From assembly GCA_026025075.1 (NCBI GenBank), contig JAPEUI010000018.1, forward strand, positions 62,001-126,000: a stretch of 64,000 nucleotides of DNA, written 5' to 3'. The position numbers and the translations under genes are program-made. The notes under the pieces are model-generated. The model ran no database searches. It saw nothing but the letters and a program-made list of their open reading frames with translations, and was not told where the DNA came from. How positions within the stretch are numbered: the first letter of the stretch is position 1; the number at the start of each line of letters is the position of its first letter. Of this stretch, positions 36,768 through 47,178 are shown piece after piece. This stretch comes from Vezdaea acicularis (Eukaryota).

Positions 36768-39629
36768 ATGGCAGCCAAAGTCGATCCTATCGATGATCTC
36801 CGCGCCAGCATCCTCGACACCCGCCAGATAAACTATGTCAATCTGCCGTTCGTGCCGCAGGACGATTTATATCGCCTCCTATCCCCACCGGTGGTTCTCT
36901 CGGTGCTGAAGAGCAGTGGCTTGGATACTAGCCGGCTCAGCGAACTTGCCCAGAGCGTTCACCAAGGTGCCCGTAAGGTATTTGCGATTCTGGTCATCTT
37001 AAAGCAGGTCCAGCACACCCCTGACCTCGTCAGCTGGGATCATTTTCGGGATCTCGATCCCCAGCTGCCGTTCGAGCGGGATGCCCTTGAGCGCATGCTC
37101 CCTCGGGCGTTCGTCGCGACGGAATTCTATGACCAGCAGTGGCAATTCCTGGCGCCAGTCTTCTCAAAAAAGCTACTGCCACGCGAGCTCGTGAAGCGGA
37201 TCCCCCTACCGATCACTGAGAAAATCAAGGTTGGTAGCGGTAGCTTCGGGACAGCTTACCGGATTCGCATCCATCCTTCCCACAACGGCTTCGGCACGAG
37301 CGTCGACGAGAGCGTATGGCTTCCTTCTAGCTAGACATGGACGGTGCTCACGCGGAAATAGTTTGTCCTGAAGAGCTTCAGCGTAGGTGACGAATCACGC
37401 GACGACTACATAAGTGAGGCGAATAATCTATCCATTCTGAGCCATCTACGGCACCCCTACATCATCGAGCTACTTGGCGCATTCACCCACGACAATGAGC
37501 ACCATCTGATATTCCCTTGGGCGCCAGGCGGCGATCTCGCCGCGCTGTTGCGGGGTCCGGCGCCCGAGTTTCAACGCCGCGAGGACTGGCTCGTTGCTCT
37601 ATGCCGCCTCGCCTCGGCCATCGAGCGAGTGCACAACGTCACGGCGGAATCGCTGCTAGACCTCCCCCTCATTGGGTGCCACCACGACCTGAAGCCACGG
37701 AACATCCTAGTCAAGGGTACGACTCTGATGCTGGCTGACTTTGGTCTCTCCAGGTTCCGGGATGCCTCCGAGCCATCCGCGACGCGCCACCGGATCGGCC
37801 AAGGCGACTACCTGGCGCCAGAATGCGAAGATATCGAGAACAGCTTCGCCAAAGGCACCATCGGCCGTTCGAGCGACATTTGGTCCTTTGGTTGCATTAC
37901 CGCGGAGATCCTCACCTATATGCTCAAGGGCCCAGATGGCGTCAAGGACTTCCGCAATCAGCGGCGATACCGGGTGCCTAACTATCTGTTCTTTCACTTC
38001 CACCATGGCCCGCTGACGCCTAGCCAGGGCGTGGCCGGCTGGCTCTCACAGCTGGAGAGCGAGCCGCAGGTAGTGCCGATGCTCCTACCGCTGATCCGAC
38101 AGATGCTATCGGTGGAGCCCACGCAGCGTCCCAAGGCTAAGGAGGTCCAGGCACGCCTCCAGTTCATCGCCATACGCTTGATCGCGGAGGATATCGCCCA
38201 AAAGTATGCGATGGCCTGCGAGCGGAGCGGCTCAACATTCGCCTGGATCGAACGATGCAAGTTTGAAAGCTGGAGGCACGCCTGTGGGACCGCGCGCGCT
38301 GCCGAGACGCCCAATACGACGCCGGCTGAGGGATTCGACCACAACTTCCAGGCCGCCTTAGATATCCTCTATCATGTCCGAGAGCATTTAGAGTCCATTG
38401 AATCGGCGGATTGCTGGCGGCGGGAACGAGCCTTCTTCCCACTTCGATACTTTAATAAGGATCTCGCTGAACTGCTTCCCTACACTGCGCAGAAGGAGAT
38501 GGAAGGTAAGCTAGAGAGTTGCCTCTTAAACACCCTTGACACGGAGCGTTTGAGGGATATCGGACAGGCCCTACACACCCAGATGCCGGGGAAACGACCT
38601 GTGCGACTGGCGAAAATCAAGCGGATGACCCTCCTTGTGGAGCAGCATGGTCACCGGACGCAATCGAGCCTGGAGATTGACCCAGGCAGGGTCCGGCCCG
38701 GTGGGTCCGCTGGGGAGTCCGTCGAACTTCAAGCCAGCAAGATCATGGTGATGGACGGGATGCCTGTCCTCGTCGAATGGGTACAGCACGAGTCGCATGT
38801 AGAAGAGGAAATTGGCCGTGAGCGCCTTCTTCACATTGATGCTCTTGCAACCCTGCTTAGCCTGAAGGATAAACCCGAAGAGTTCCGCGTTCTCCACTGC
38901 TCCGCATACTTTCATGATCCCAAAAGATCTCGATCCGGGATAGTATTTGAACTCCCAGCCCCGTCCGTGGTCGGCGAACCACTAAAGCCACTGACGCTCG
39001 CCAAAGCACTTGCGCCACTCACCGAAGGTAAAGAACGTAAAAAACGGCCGGCGCTTGGAGACAAGTTCAAACTGGCCAGCGCTCTCGCCAATTCGATTGC
39101 CGAGCTCCATAAGGTGGGTTGGCTGCACAAAAATATCTCGTCCTCGACTATAATTTTCTTCCCGCCGTTTGGATCCTCTCCCAGGAAGCATATAACGAGA
39201 CCTTACATCATCGGCTTCAGCCATAGCCGACCGGCGTTTGGAATTACTCAAGCGTCCTATGATATTAAGTGGAGGGACTATCAACATCCCGAGTATCTTC
39301 AAAACAAGTCACAATTTACCTCAAAATTCGACTATTATAGTCTTGGCATGGTGTTGCTCGAGATTGGTTATTGGGAACCACTTCAGCAGATCACACATGA
39401 TTGGAACTGCCCGAATGAAATGCTTCGCGATCGGCTTCTAAAAGAAAAAGTGCCACGGTTGAAAGAAAAGATGGGTGAGATCTACTTCGAGGCAGTGAAT
39501 ATGTGCTTGAGCAGTAAGTTCACAGCTAGAGGAAAGAGTGAAGATGAAGTTGAAGTTGATAATGCTACGGCGGTACATCTTGAGTATGAAGAGCTTGTCG
39601 TGGCGCAGCTTGCAAAGTGTTCAGCCTGA
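36768..39629 (+). CDS. Tandem protein kinase + kinase-like (pseudokinase) protein, intron 37314-37361, ~937 aa
   Basis: Domain 1: GSGSFG, FVLK, HHDLKPRNIL, DFG, YLAPE, DIWSFG. Domain 2: LHKNISSSTII, IIGFSHSR, YQHPEY, DYYSLGMVLLEIG (catalytic Asp and DFG absent). Confidence 0.88.
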
Positions 39630-39696
39630 CTATAGCACAATTATGCTAGAATGTTTTAACTATAAAGTCGGAGTCTTGGCAATCCAAAGTTTATTT

Positions 39697-39964
39697 GAGG
39701 TTGCAGTCAAAATTGATGGCGCATACGCGATGGTTCCCTCACAAAATGCTACAGGCTCGAAGGCACAGAACACCCCCATAAGGCCACGGACATGGCTCAG
39801 AGCATGATACTGCAAAGATACAAAGGCGAAATACTCTAGAGCTCATACCAAGAACAATTACTATGAGATCGTCGGCAATCTCTGAGCTGCTGAGAGTAAT
39901 GTACGATGATGGGTAGACATGCCCACTGCTCGCTTATGCGCCATCGATTTTGACCGCAACCCTC
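39697..39964 (+). repeat. ~270-bp inverted-repeat-bounded element, copy C
   Basis: GAGGTTGCAGTCAAAATTGATGGCGCATA ... TATGCGCCATCGATTTTGACCGCAACCCTC. Confidence 0.88.
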
Positions 39965-40789
39965 GATTGTCCGATAATCAGGCAGCATGATGATTGATTA
40001 TCCAACAATCGAGTTCTGGAATATGATGTCTGAAAACCTTGATTTTGATACAGTTGTGGCGGGAAAAGAAGGTGGTCCGCCTCGGAGGCTTGCTAATAAT
40101 TGAATGTTGGACTTCCTAGTAATTGATTGGGTCGGTACTCAGTTCTTGCTCGGCTTCATGGAAGGAGGATAATAATTCAGATGGGCTAGACTATGTTGTA
40201 AGGCTACAAGCGCCTCCATAAATCGCACTTCAATATCTTCAATGATTGCTGTGCAAGCAGTAGACGTATCATTATAGGTGCACTAACGATAAGCGGATGC
40301 AGAACATATTAAACGATCAAGTTGAGCTTGAAAATAAACCATGACTGGAAAAATAACTGGGTAATTAGCTCTCTTTCCATTTGATACTTATCTACGCTAT
40401 TTGCTCCTGAACCCTGATTACCAGGCAGGAGCCAGGCCAACAAGGTTGTACAGCAGCAAGAGGTCTTTAAAGCCGCCTGCTGGTTCTTAGCTCAGCGCTC
40501 GTAACAACAATGTGATGGTAGGGCGTCTAAGGGATGAATGCAGGCGTGAAAGCCACATAAGGCATCAACGGATCGGGCGACGATATATGTGCATAGGTCG
40601 GGCGTACGTTTGTCATGCAGCCCAACTGATAGGTACGGGGCGCAGTGACTTGGATTTCAGCCGTGTCCTCTGCACACGTTGCTCGTGTCCCCACATCTCT
40701 TCTCAAAGCTTTACCTTTTGAAAATAAATATTCCATATTTTGATATATCAGTGACAGTCATATATCCTCTCACGCTCATCACGATAATT

Positions 40790-43700
40790 ATGGCTGTCGT
40801 TACACCCATGGGTGTCTCGATATCTCAAACACGCTGGTCATTCGATGAGCGATGGAGCTCCTCCTCCTACAGCTCTGGCATGGCTGAATCTATACATTCC
40901 GAGCGGTATGACTTCATTACGTTTTTAGAAGTATGTCAGAACCTAGAGATCGATTTCCTTCCGATTACATGGCAACCGGCTCTTGATCATCTTGGGATAG
41001 GCGCGCAGAGTGAGGTGCGTCAGTCACTGGTGAATCTAGCTCTAAGCTTTGCCTTCAACCGCGTGAATGTTTCTACGAGCCTCTCGCGAGAGAAGGAAAA
41101 CCAGATATACCAAGCTCTGATATCTCAGGTTTCGATCTTGGCAAACTCCAAGATTCAGAGTCATCTAAACATCAATCATCTCATTGGTGTATGCTGGGAT
41201 ATCATACCAGAAGAGAATAATCAGAATCAAGAATACATTCATCCCCGAAGAGACGGTTTACCTCGTGACGAAATCGAAATATGGCAGAACATTTCGTCTT
41301 GCAAGTGGAGGGTCTGGCCTGCGTTGGTGTTCGAAAAATCTAAGCATGGAGATCTAAACTGCTTCATGAGGTCAGCCTCTGGATTGAACCTAGATATTGT
41401 GGGGAGACTTAAGCTTTGTGCGGATATTGCCTGCGGAGTCCAAATTCTGCATGAGAATCGTAAGTAAAAACAGTATCAACTCGTATAGGCATCGAACTAA
41501 GCTTGTGAATAGGTGTCATACATGGGGATGTGAAGCCCCATAACGTGCTTATCTTTGAGGAAAGATCTGGGGAATATACCGCAAAACTAGCTGATCTGGG
41601 CCATTCTGTTGCTTTCAGTACTGATGATGACGATGCATTGATGATATGTACTGAGCCCTGGCAGGCTCCGGAACATAGCTACCGAATGAAGCGTGGACTA
41701 TCTTTTATGATCCGCATGGAAGTCTACACCTTGGGCATGGTATGCTTATGGCTTCTATTTCATGAACGGCTGTTTGAGCTGGGTATTACCTTCGATCACC
41801 AGGGTATGGGCCGTCTGAATGCGTTAAAGAAGGGGCATGGTATATCTGAGGTCGCCCAGAACTTGACGCGGGAAGCGCAAGGCCTATCAGCTGATCAAAT
41901 CCTGGGCTTAATCGGATTCTTTAGTTCATGCTTAACGCCTAATCATGCAGACCGAGGCTCTGATATGGACCCTTTACTGCAGCTTCTTGGAGGTAGCTTT
42001 ATTGCACCAAAGCCCTCGGTGCCTGCTGCAATAACCATAAGAAAACCAAGCAGTGAGCCTCACGAAACTTTCAAAGTAAGATCGAATTTGATTTAAACAG
42101 CATGTTTTTAACCAAACTAGTACAGATTTCGAAATCCGTCAGAGATTTTTATAGAAGTGATTATCGCCTCCGCATCTATATTACGTCTTGTCTAAGAGAG
42201 AGATTATCCCATACTGCAAAAAATGACCCCAGCAACAATCTACGATCTGAGAAAGCAGCATTCCAGCTTGCTTTATGCTTCCGGTTAGGTTTTGGAGTTA
42301 CCCCAGATGATAAAAAAGTACAAGATTTGTTGCAACGGAGCGGGAGGCCGATACAAGAGCTCAATCTGGAAATAAAATCAATCAAGCAAGGAGGCATCAG
42401 GGGACGGAACGAATACTACGCAAGTCTTTCCAATAAAGGCTTTGATGCGACAATAATTGATGCAACATATTATCAAGGAAGTAGTTTGTTGGATGAAGCT
42501 ATTGTAGAGCTGCTAGCAGACGTGTATAATCTGAATCAAGCGTTTCCGGATTCAGTATATATTATAAAGATTCTGGAATCCATATTAGGCCATCTTCTGA
42601 GTTTCCAAGGACGCTGGACAGAGGCAGAGAGACTGCGGGTGCAGGTGATGGAGACAATAAAAAGAGTGCTTGGAGAAGAGCATCCTTCCACGCTGACTAG
42701 TATGGGTAATCTGGCATCAACTTACAGTAACCAAGGACGCTGGACGGAGGCGGAGAGACTGCAGGTGCAGGTGATGGAGACAAGCAAAAGAGTGCTTGGA
42801 GAAGAGCATCCTTCCACGCTGACTAGTATGGGTAATCTGGCATCAACTTACAGTAACCAAGGACGCTGGACGGAGGCGGAGAGACTGCAGGTGCAGGAGA
42901 TGGAGACAAGCAAGAGGGTGCTTGGAGAAGAGCATCCTTCCACGCTGACTACTATGGGCAATCTGGCATCTATCTACCATGATCAAGGACGTTGGACAGA
43001 GGCAGAGAGACTGGAGGTGCAGGTGATGGAGATAAGTAAAAGAGTGCTTGGAGAAGAGCATCCTTCCACGCTGACTAGTATGGGTAATCTGGCATCAACT
43101 TACAGTAACCAAGGACGCTGGACGGAGGCGGAGAGACTGCAGGCGCAGGAGATGGAGACAAGAAAAAGAGTGTTTGGAGAAGAGCATCCTTCCACGCTGA
43201 CTAGTGTGGTTAATCTGGCGTCAATCTACCGGAATCAAGGACGTTGGACAGAGGCAGAGAGACTTCAGGTGCAGATGATGGAGACAAGAAAAAGAGTGCT
43301 TGGAGAAGAGCATCCAGACACGCTGACTAGTATGGGTAATCTGGCATCAACTTACAGTAACCAAGGACGCTGGACGGAGGCAGAGAGACTGCAGGTGCAG
43401 GTGATGGAGACAAGCAAGAGGGTGCTTGGAGAAGAGCATCCAGACACGCTGACTAGTGTGGTTAATCTGGCATCAATCTACCGGAATCAAGGACGTTGGA
43501 CAGAGGCAGAGAGACTGCAGGTGCAGGTGATGGAGACAAGAAAAAGAGTGCTTGGAGAAGAGCATCCTTCCACGCTGACTAGTATGGGTAATCTAGCATT
43601 TATTTACTATGATCAAGGACGCTGGACAGAGGCAGAGAGACTGCAGGTGCAGGTGATGGAGACAAGCAAGAGGGTGCTTGGAGAAGAGCATCCTTCCACG

Positions 43701-45665
43701 CTGACTAGTATGGGTAATCTGGCATCAACTTACAGTAACCAAGGACGCTGGACGGAGGCGGAGAGACTGCAGGTGCAGGAGATGGAGACAAGCAGGAGAG
43801 TGCTTGGAGAAGAGCATCCTTTCACGCTGATTAGTGTGGTTAATCTGGCGTCAATCTACCGGAATCAAGGACGTTGGATAGAGGCAGAGCGATTGCAGGT
43901 GCAGGAGATAGAGACAAGCAAGAGAGTGCTTGGAGAAGAGCATCCTTCCACGCTGACTAGTATGGGTAATCTGGCATCAACTTACAGTAACCAAGGACGC
44001 TGGATAGAGGCAGAGAGACTGCATGTGCAGGTGATGGAGATAAGTAAAAGAGTGCTTGGAGAAGAGCATCCAGACACGCTGACTACTATGGGTAATCTAG
44101 CATCAACTTACGGTAACCAAGGACGCTGGACAGAGGCAGAGAGACTGGAGGTGCAGGTGATGGAGGCAAGAAGGAGAGTGCTTGGGGAAGAGCATCCAGA
44201 CACGCTGACTACTATGGGTAATCTGGCATCAACTTACCGGAAACAAGGACACTGGACAGAGGCAGAGAGATTGCGGGTGCAGGAGATGGAGACAAGCAAG
44301 AGGGTGCTTGGAGAAGAGCATCCTTCCACGCTGACTAGTATGGGCAATCTGGCATCTATCTACCATGATCAAGGACGTTGGACAGAGGCAGAGAGACTGC
44401 AGGTGCAGGTGATGGAGACAAGAAAAAGAGTGCTTGGAGAAGAGCATCCTTCCACGCTGACTAGTATGGGTAATCTAGCATCTATTTACTATGATCAAGG
44501 ACGCTGGACAGAGGCAGAGAGACTGCAGGTGCAGGTGATGGAGACAAGCAAGAGGGTATTTGAAGAAGAGCATCCTTCCACGCTGACTAGTATGGGTAAT
44601 CTGGCATCTATCTACCAAAATCAAGGACGCTGGACAGAGGCAGAGAGACTGCAGGTGCAGGAGATAGAGACAAGCAGGAGAGTGCTTGGAGAAGAGCATC
44701 CTTCCACGCTGATTAGTGTGGTTAATCTGGCGTCAATCTACCGGAATCAAGGACGTTGGATAGAGGCAGAGCGATTGCAGGTGCAGGAGATAGAGACAAG
44801 CAAGAGAGTGCTTGGAGAAGAGCATCCTTCCACGCTGACTAGTATGGGTAATCTGGCATCAACTTACAGTAACCAAGGACGCTGGATAGAGGCAGAGAGA
44901 CTGCATGTGCAGGTGATGGAGATAAGTAAAAGAGTGCTTGGAGAAGAGCATCCAGACACGCTGACTACTATGGGTAATCTAGCATCAACTTACGGTAACC
45001 AAGGACGCTGGACAGAGGCAGAGAGACTGGAGGTGCAGGTGATGGAGGCAAGAAGGAGAGTGCTTGGAGAAGAGCATCCTTCCACGCTGACTAGTATGGG
45101 TAATCTGGCATCAACTTACCGGAAACAAGGACGCTGGACAGAGGCAGAGAGATTGCGGGTACAGGAGATGGAGACAAGCAAGAGGGTGCTTGGAGAAGAG
45201 CATCCTTCCACGCTGACTAGTATGGGCAATCTGGCATCTATCTACCATGATCAAGGACGTTGGACAGAGGCAGAGAGACTGGAGGTGCAGGTGATGGAGA
45301 TAAGTAAAAGAGTGCTTGGAGAAGAGCATCCAGACACGCTGACTACTATGGGTAATCTGGCATCAACTTACAGTAAACAAGGATGTTGGATAGAGGCAGA
45401 GCGATTGGAGGTGCAGGTGATAGAGACAAGCAAGAGAGTGCTTGGAGAAGAGCATCCACGCACGCTGATCAGCATAAACAATCTTGCTCATACTTATGCA
45501 AATCAGGGCCGTCTCGAGGAAGCTATTACTACAATGAAGACTGTTGTCCAGCAATTTACGGCTACTATTGGCGCAGATCATCCGCACACGCTAGTTTCTG
45601 TTCAGGCTCTCAATGCCTGGTCTAACAACCGACGGCTCGAGCAAACGGACGATCCCACCGACTAG
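40790..45665 (+). CDS. Kinase-like domain fused to highly conserved 42-aa TPR repeats; introns 41460-41512 and 42076-42125, ~1590 aa
   Basis: In-frame splicing gives LGIGAQSEV, VIHGDVKPHNVL, ADLG, PWQAPE, a linker, then the QGRWTEAERLQVQVMETSKRVLGEEHPSTLTSMGNLASTYSN repeats. Confidence 0.85.
42606..45503 (+). repeat. Coding tandem repeat, 23 units of 126 bp (TPR), followed by one degenerate unit
   Basis: CAAGGACGCTGG-like starts recur every 126 bp from 42606 to the degenerate unit at 45504 (2898 bp / 126 = 23). Confidence 0.95.
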
Positions 45666-45904
45666 TCAAGTGATCAAAAATATAGCGGAGGGAGATTGCT
45701 GGAAGTCATGTAAGGAAGAACTGGACTGGACAGTTTGTACGACGCCATTAAAATAGGCTAAAAAGAGCGCGGATTTGCAGCCGATTGATAGCAGTCGGGG
45801 GGAGTCTGAGTATGTCGTAATGTTTGAGTTGTTTAATGCACATTTATTGATTCTTTCAGGTGCCTAGTATTACTCTCTTTTTTGATCACTAATTAGCCTT
45901 CGGG

Positions 45905-46229
45905 CAGCTTACGAACGCAATCGAATGGTATCATATTCCGGCAGAAAACATATACAACTAGGATGAAGAAGGCTTCCTGATTGGTGTCTTATGCTTCATG
46001 AAGCGTATCGTAGCTTTGTATGCCTTTGAGGAGGAACGAGTCCCACGTGCAAGTCTGGATGATGACTGTGATTTTGTCAGCTGGCTGGCTTGCATTTGCG
46101 CTGATAGAACGACCATTCTACCTGTTCTCATTTATTAAGGTGCCTCTCATGACTTCTGTGGTACTTGGCTTGGCTGATTGCAAAGAAGAGGAGAAAGCAT
46201 ACTTTGATTTAACGGCAAATGACTGGTGA
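45905..46229 (+). pseudogene. Degenerate pogo/Fot1-family DDE transposase fragment
   Basis: Reads QLTNAIEWYHIPAENIYN*DEEGFLIG (NIYNWDEKGF motif with TGG>TAG at 45959), later Y*GASHDFCGTWL and AYFDLTANDW, with frameshifts. Confidence 0.8.
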
Positions 46230-46406
46230 AGGTTATTAAGGAGTCGACCTTCATAGTAAATGCCAATCTACGTTTAGACAGAAAGGGGCAGCTTATGAGC
46301 GCGTCCTCGCTCGGGCAGTTTTGTACGATCAAAGTTACTGTGCTACCAATTCTTTCTCTGCTCCAGTCGTAAAATTGCCCCGCGCCCCTCATCTATTGCT
46401 TAGGGC

Positions 46407-46620
46407 GAGGGTGCGGTCAAAATTGATAGTGCATCAGCGTTGATGGCCCACAGAAAAGGTCACAGGCTCCAAGGCACAAAACAATCTTATAACGCTACGG
46501 GCATGGCTCAAAGTATGATACTACAGAAATATTAAAGGTGCAGTACTCTAGGGCTCATACCAACAAGAATTACAATGGAATTGCTGACTGTCTTGCGACT
46601 GCTGAGAGTAGTGTACGTCT
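46407..46620 (+). repeat. Inverted-repeat element copy D, 3'-truncated by copy E
   Basis: GAGGGTGCGGTCAAAATTGATAGTGCAT start; interior matches C/F up to GCTGAGAGTAGTGTACG; no right end. Confidence 0.8.
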
Positions 46621-46776
46621 GAAGCGGTGGACAAAATTGATGGCGCATTAAACGTGGGTTCCCCCATAGCTAAAAGTTCATACCCGAAGGCCCAAAACGG
46701 CCCTTCCAGATCGCGTACATAACCCAGAGCTTGATAGCCTAACAAGAGTAAAGGCGCAGCACTATCGAGCTTATGC
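46621..46776 (+). repeat. Inverted-repeat element copy E, 3'-truncated
   Basis: GAAGCGGTGGACAAAATTGATGGCGCATTAAACGTGGGTTCCCCCATAGCTAAA, closest to copies A/B. Similarity fades near 46776. Confidence 0.75.
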
Positions 46777-47178
46777 AAACTACTCTGCGGAGAAGAACTC
46801 GCAGATCTCAAAGACAAAGGACTGACGAATAATCGAGCTACAGATGTGGTGATAGTGGCCCATGTTGCCCCATTCACATGACCTCCAGTGCACTCACAAA
46901 ATGTTGAAATGGTGAATCCAGCAATCTGCTCACCTCCATGAAATTCTTTGAGTCTCTTAGGGGCAAGGAGGACACTTTTAAGGTTGGTACATGTTAGGGT
47001 TCGTTCGTATCGCTTATTGTTTTAATAGTAAGCTTTGATTCTGGGTCCATGTTTGCGATCTTCTTCCCTGACATCTGAGCCTGATAATGGCGTCATCATA
47101 TACATTTTTGAATGTGTATCGTACAAAGTAGGACTACTGAAGGAGACGTTAAGCAGTGTCTTTATAGTTCTGGTTATA

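Noticed and set aside
42606..45503. Regularly spaced repeats resembling a CRISPR array
   Set aside because: Continuous 126-bp coding units in one open frame, no unique spacers, and a eukaryotic context.
42843..45587. Repeated minus-strand ORFs (MLFSKH...)
   Set aside because: Antisense shadows of the TPR repeats.
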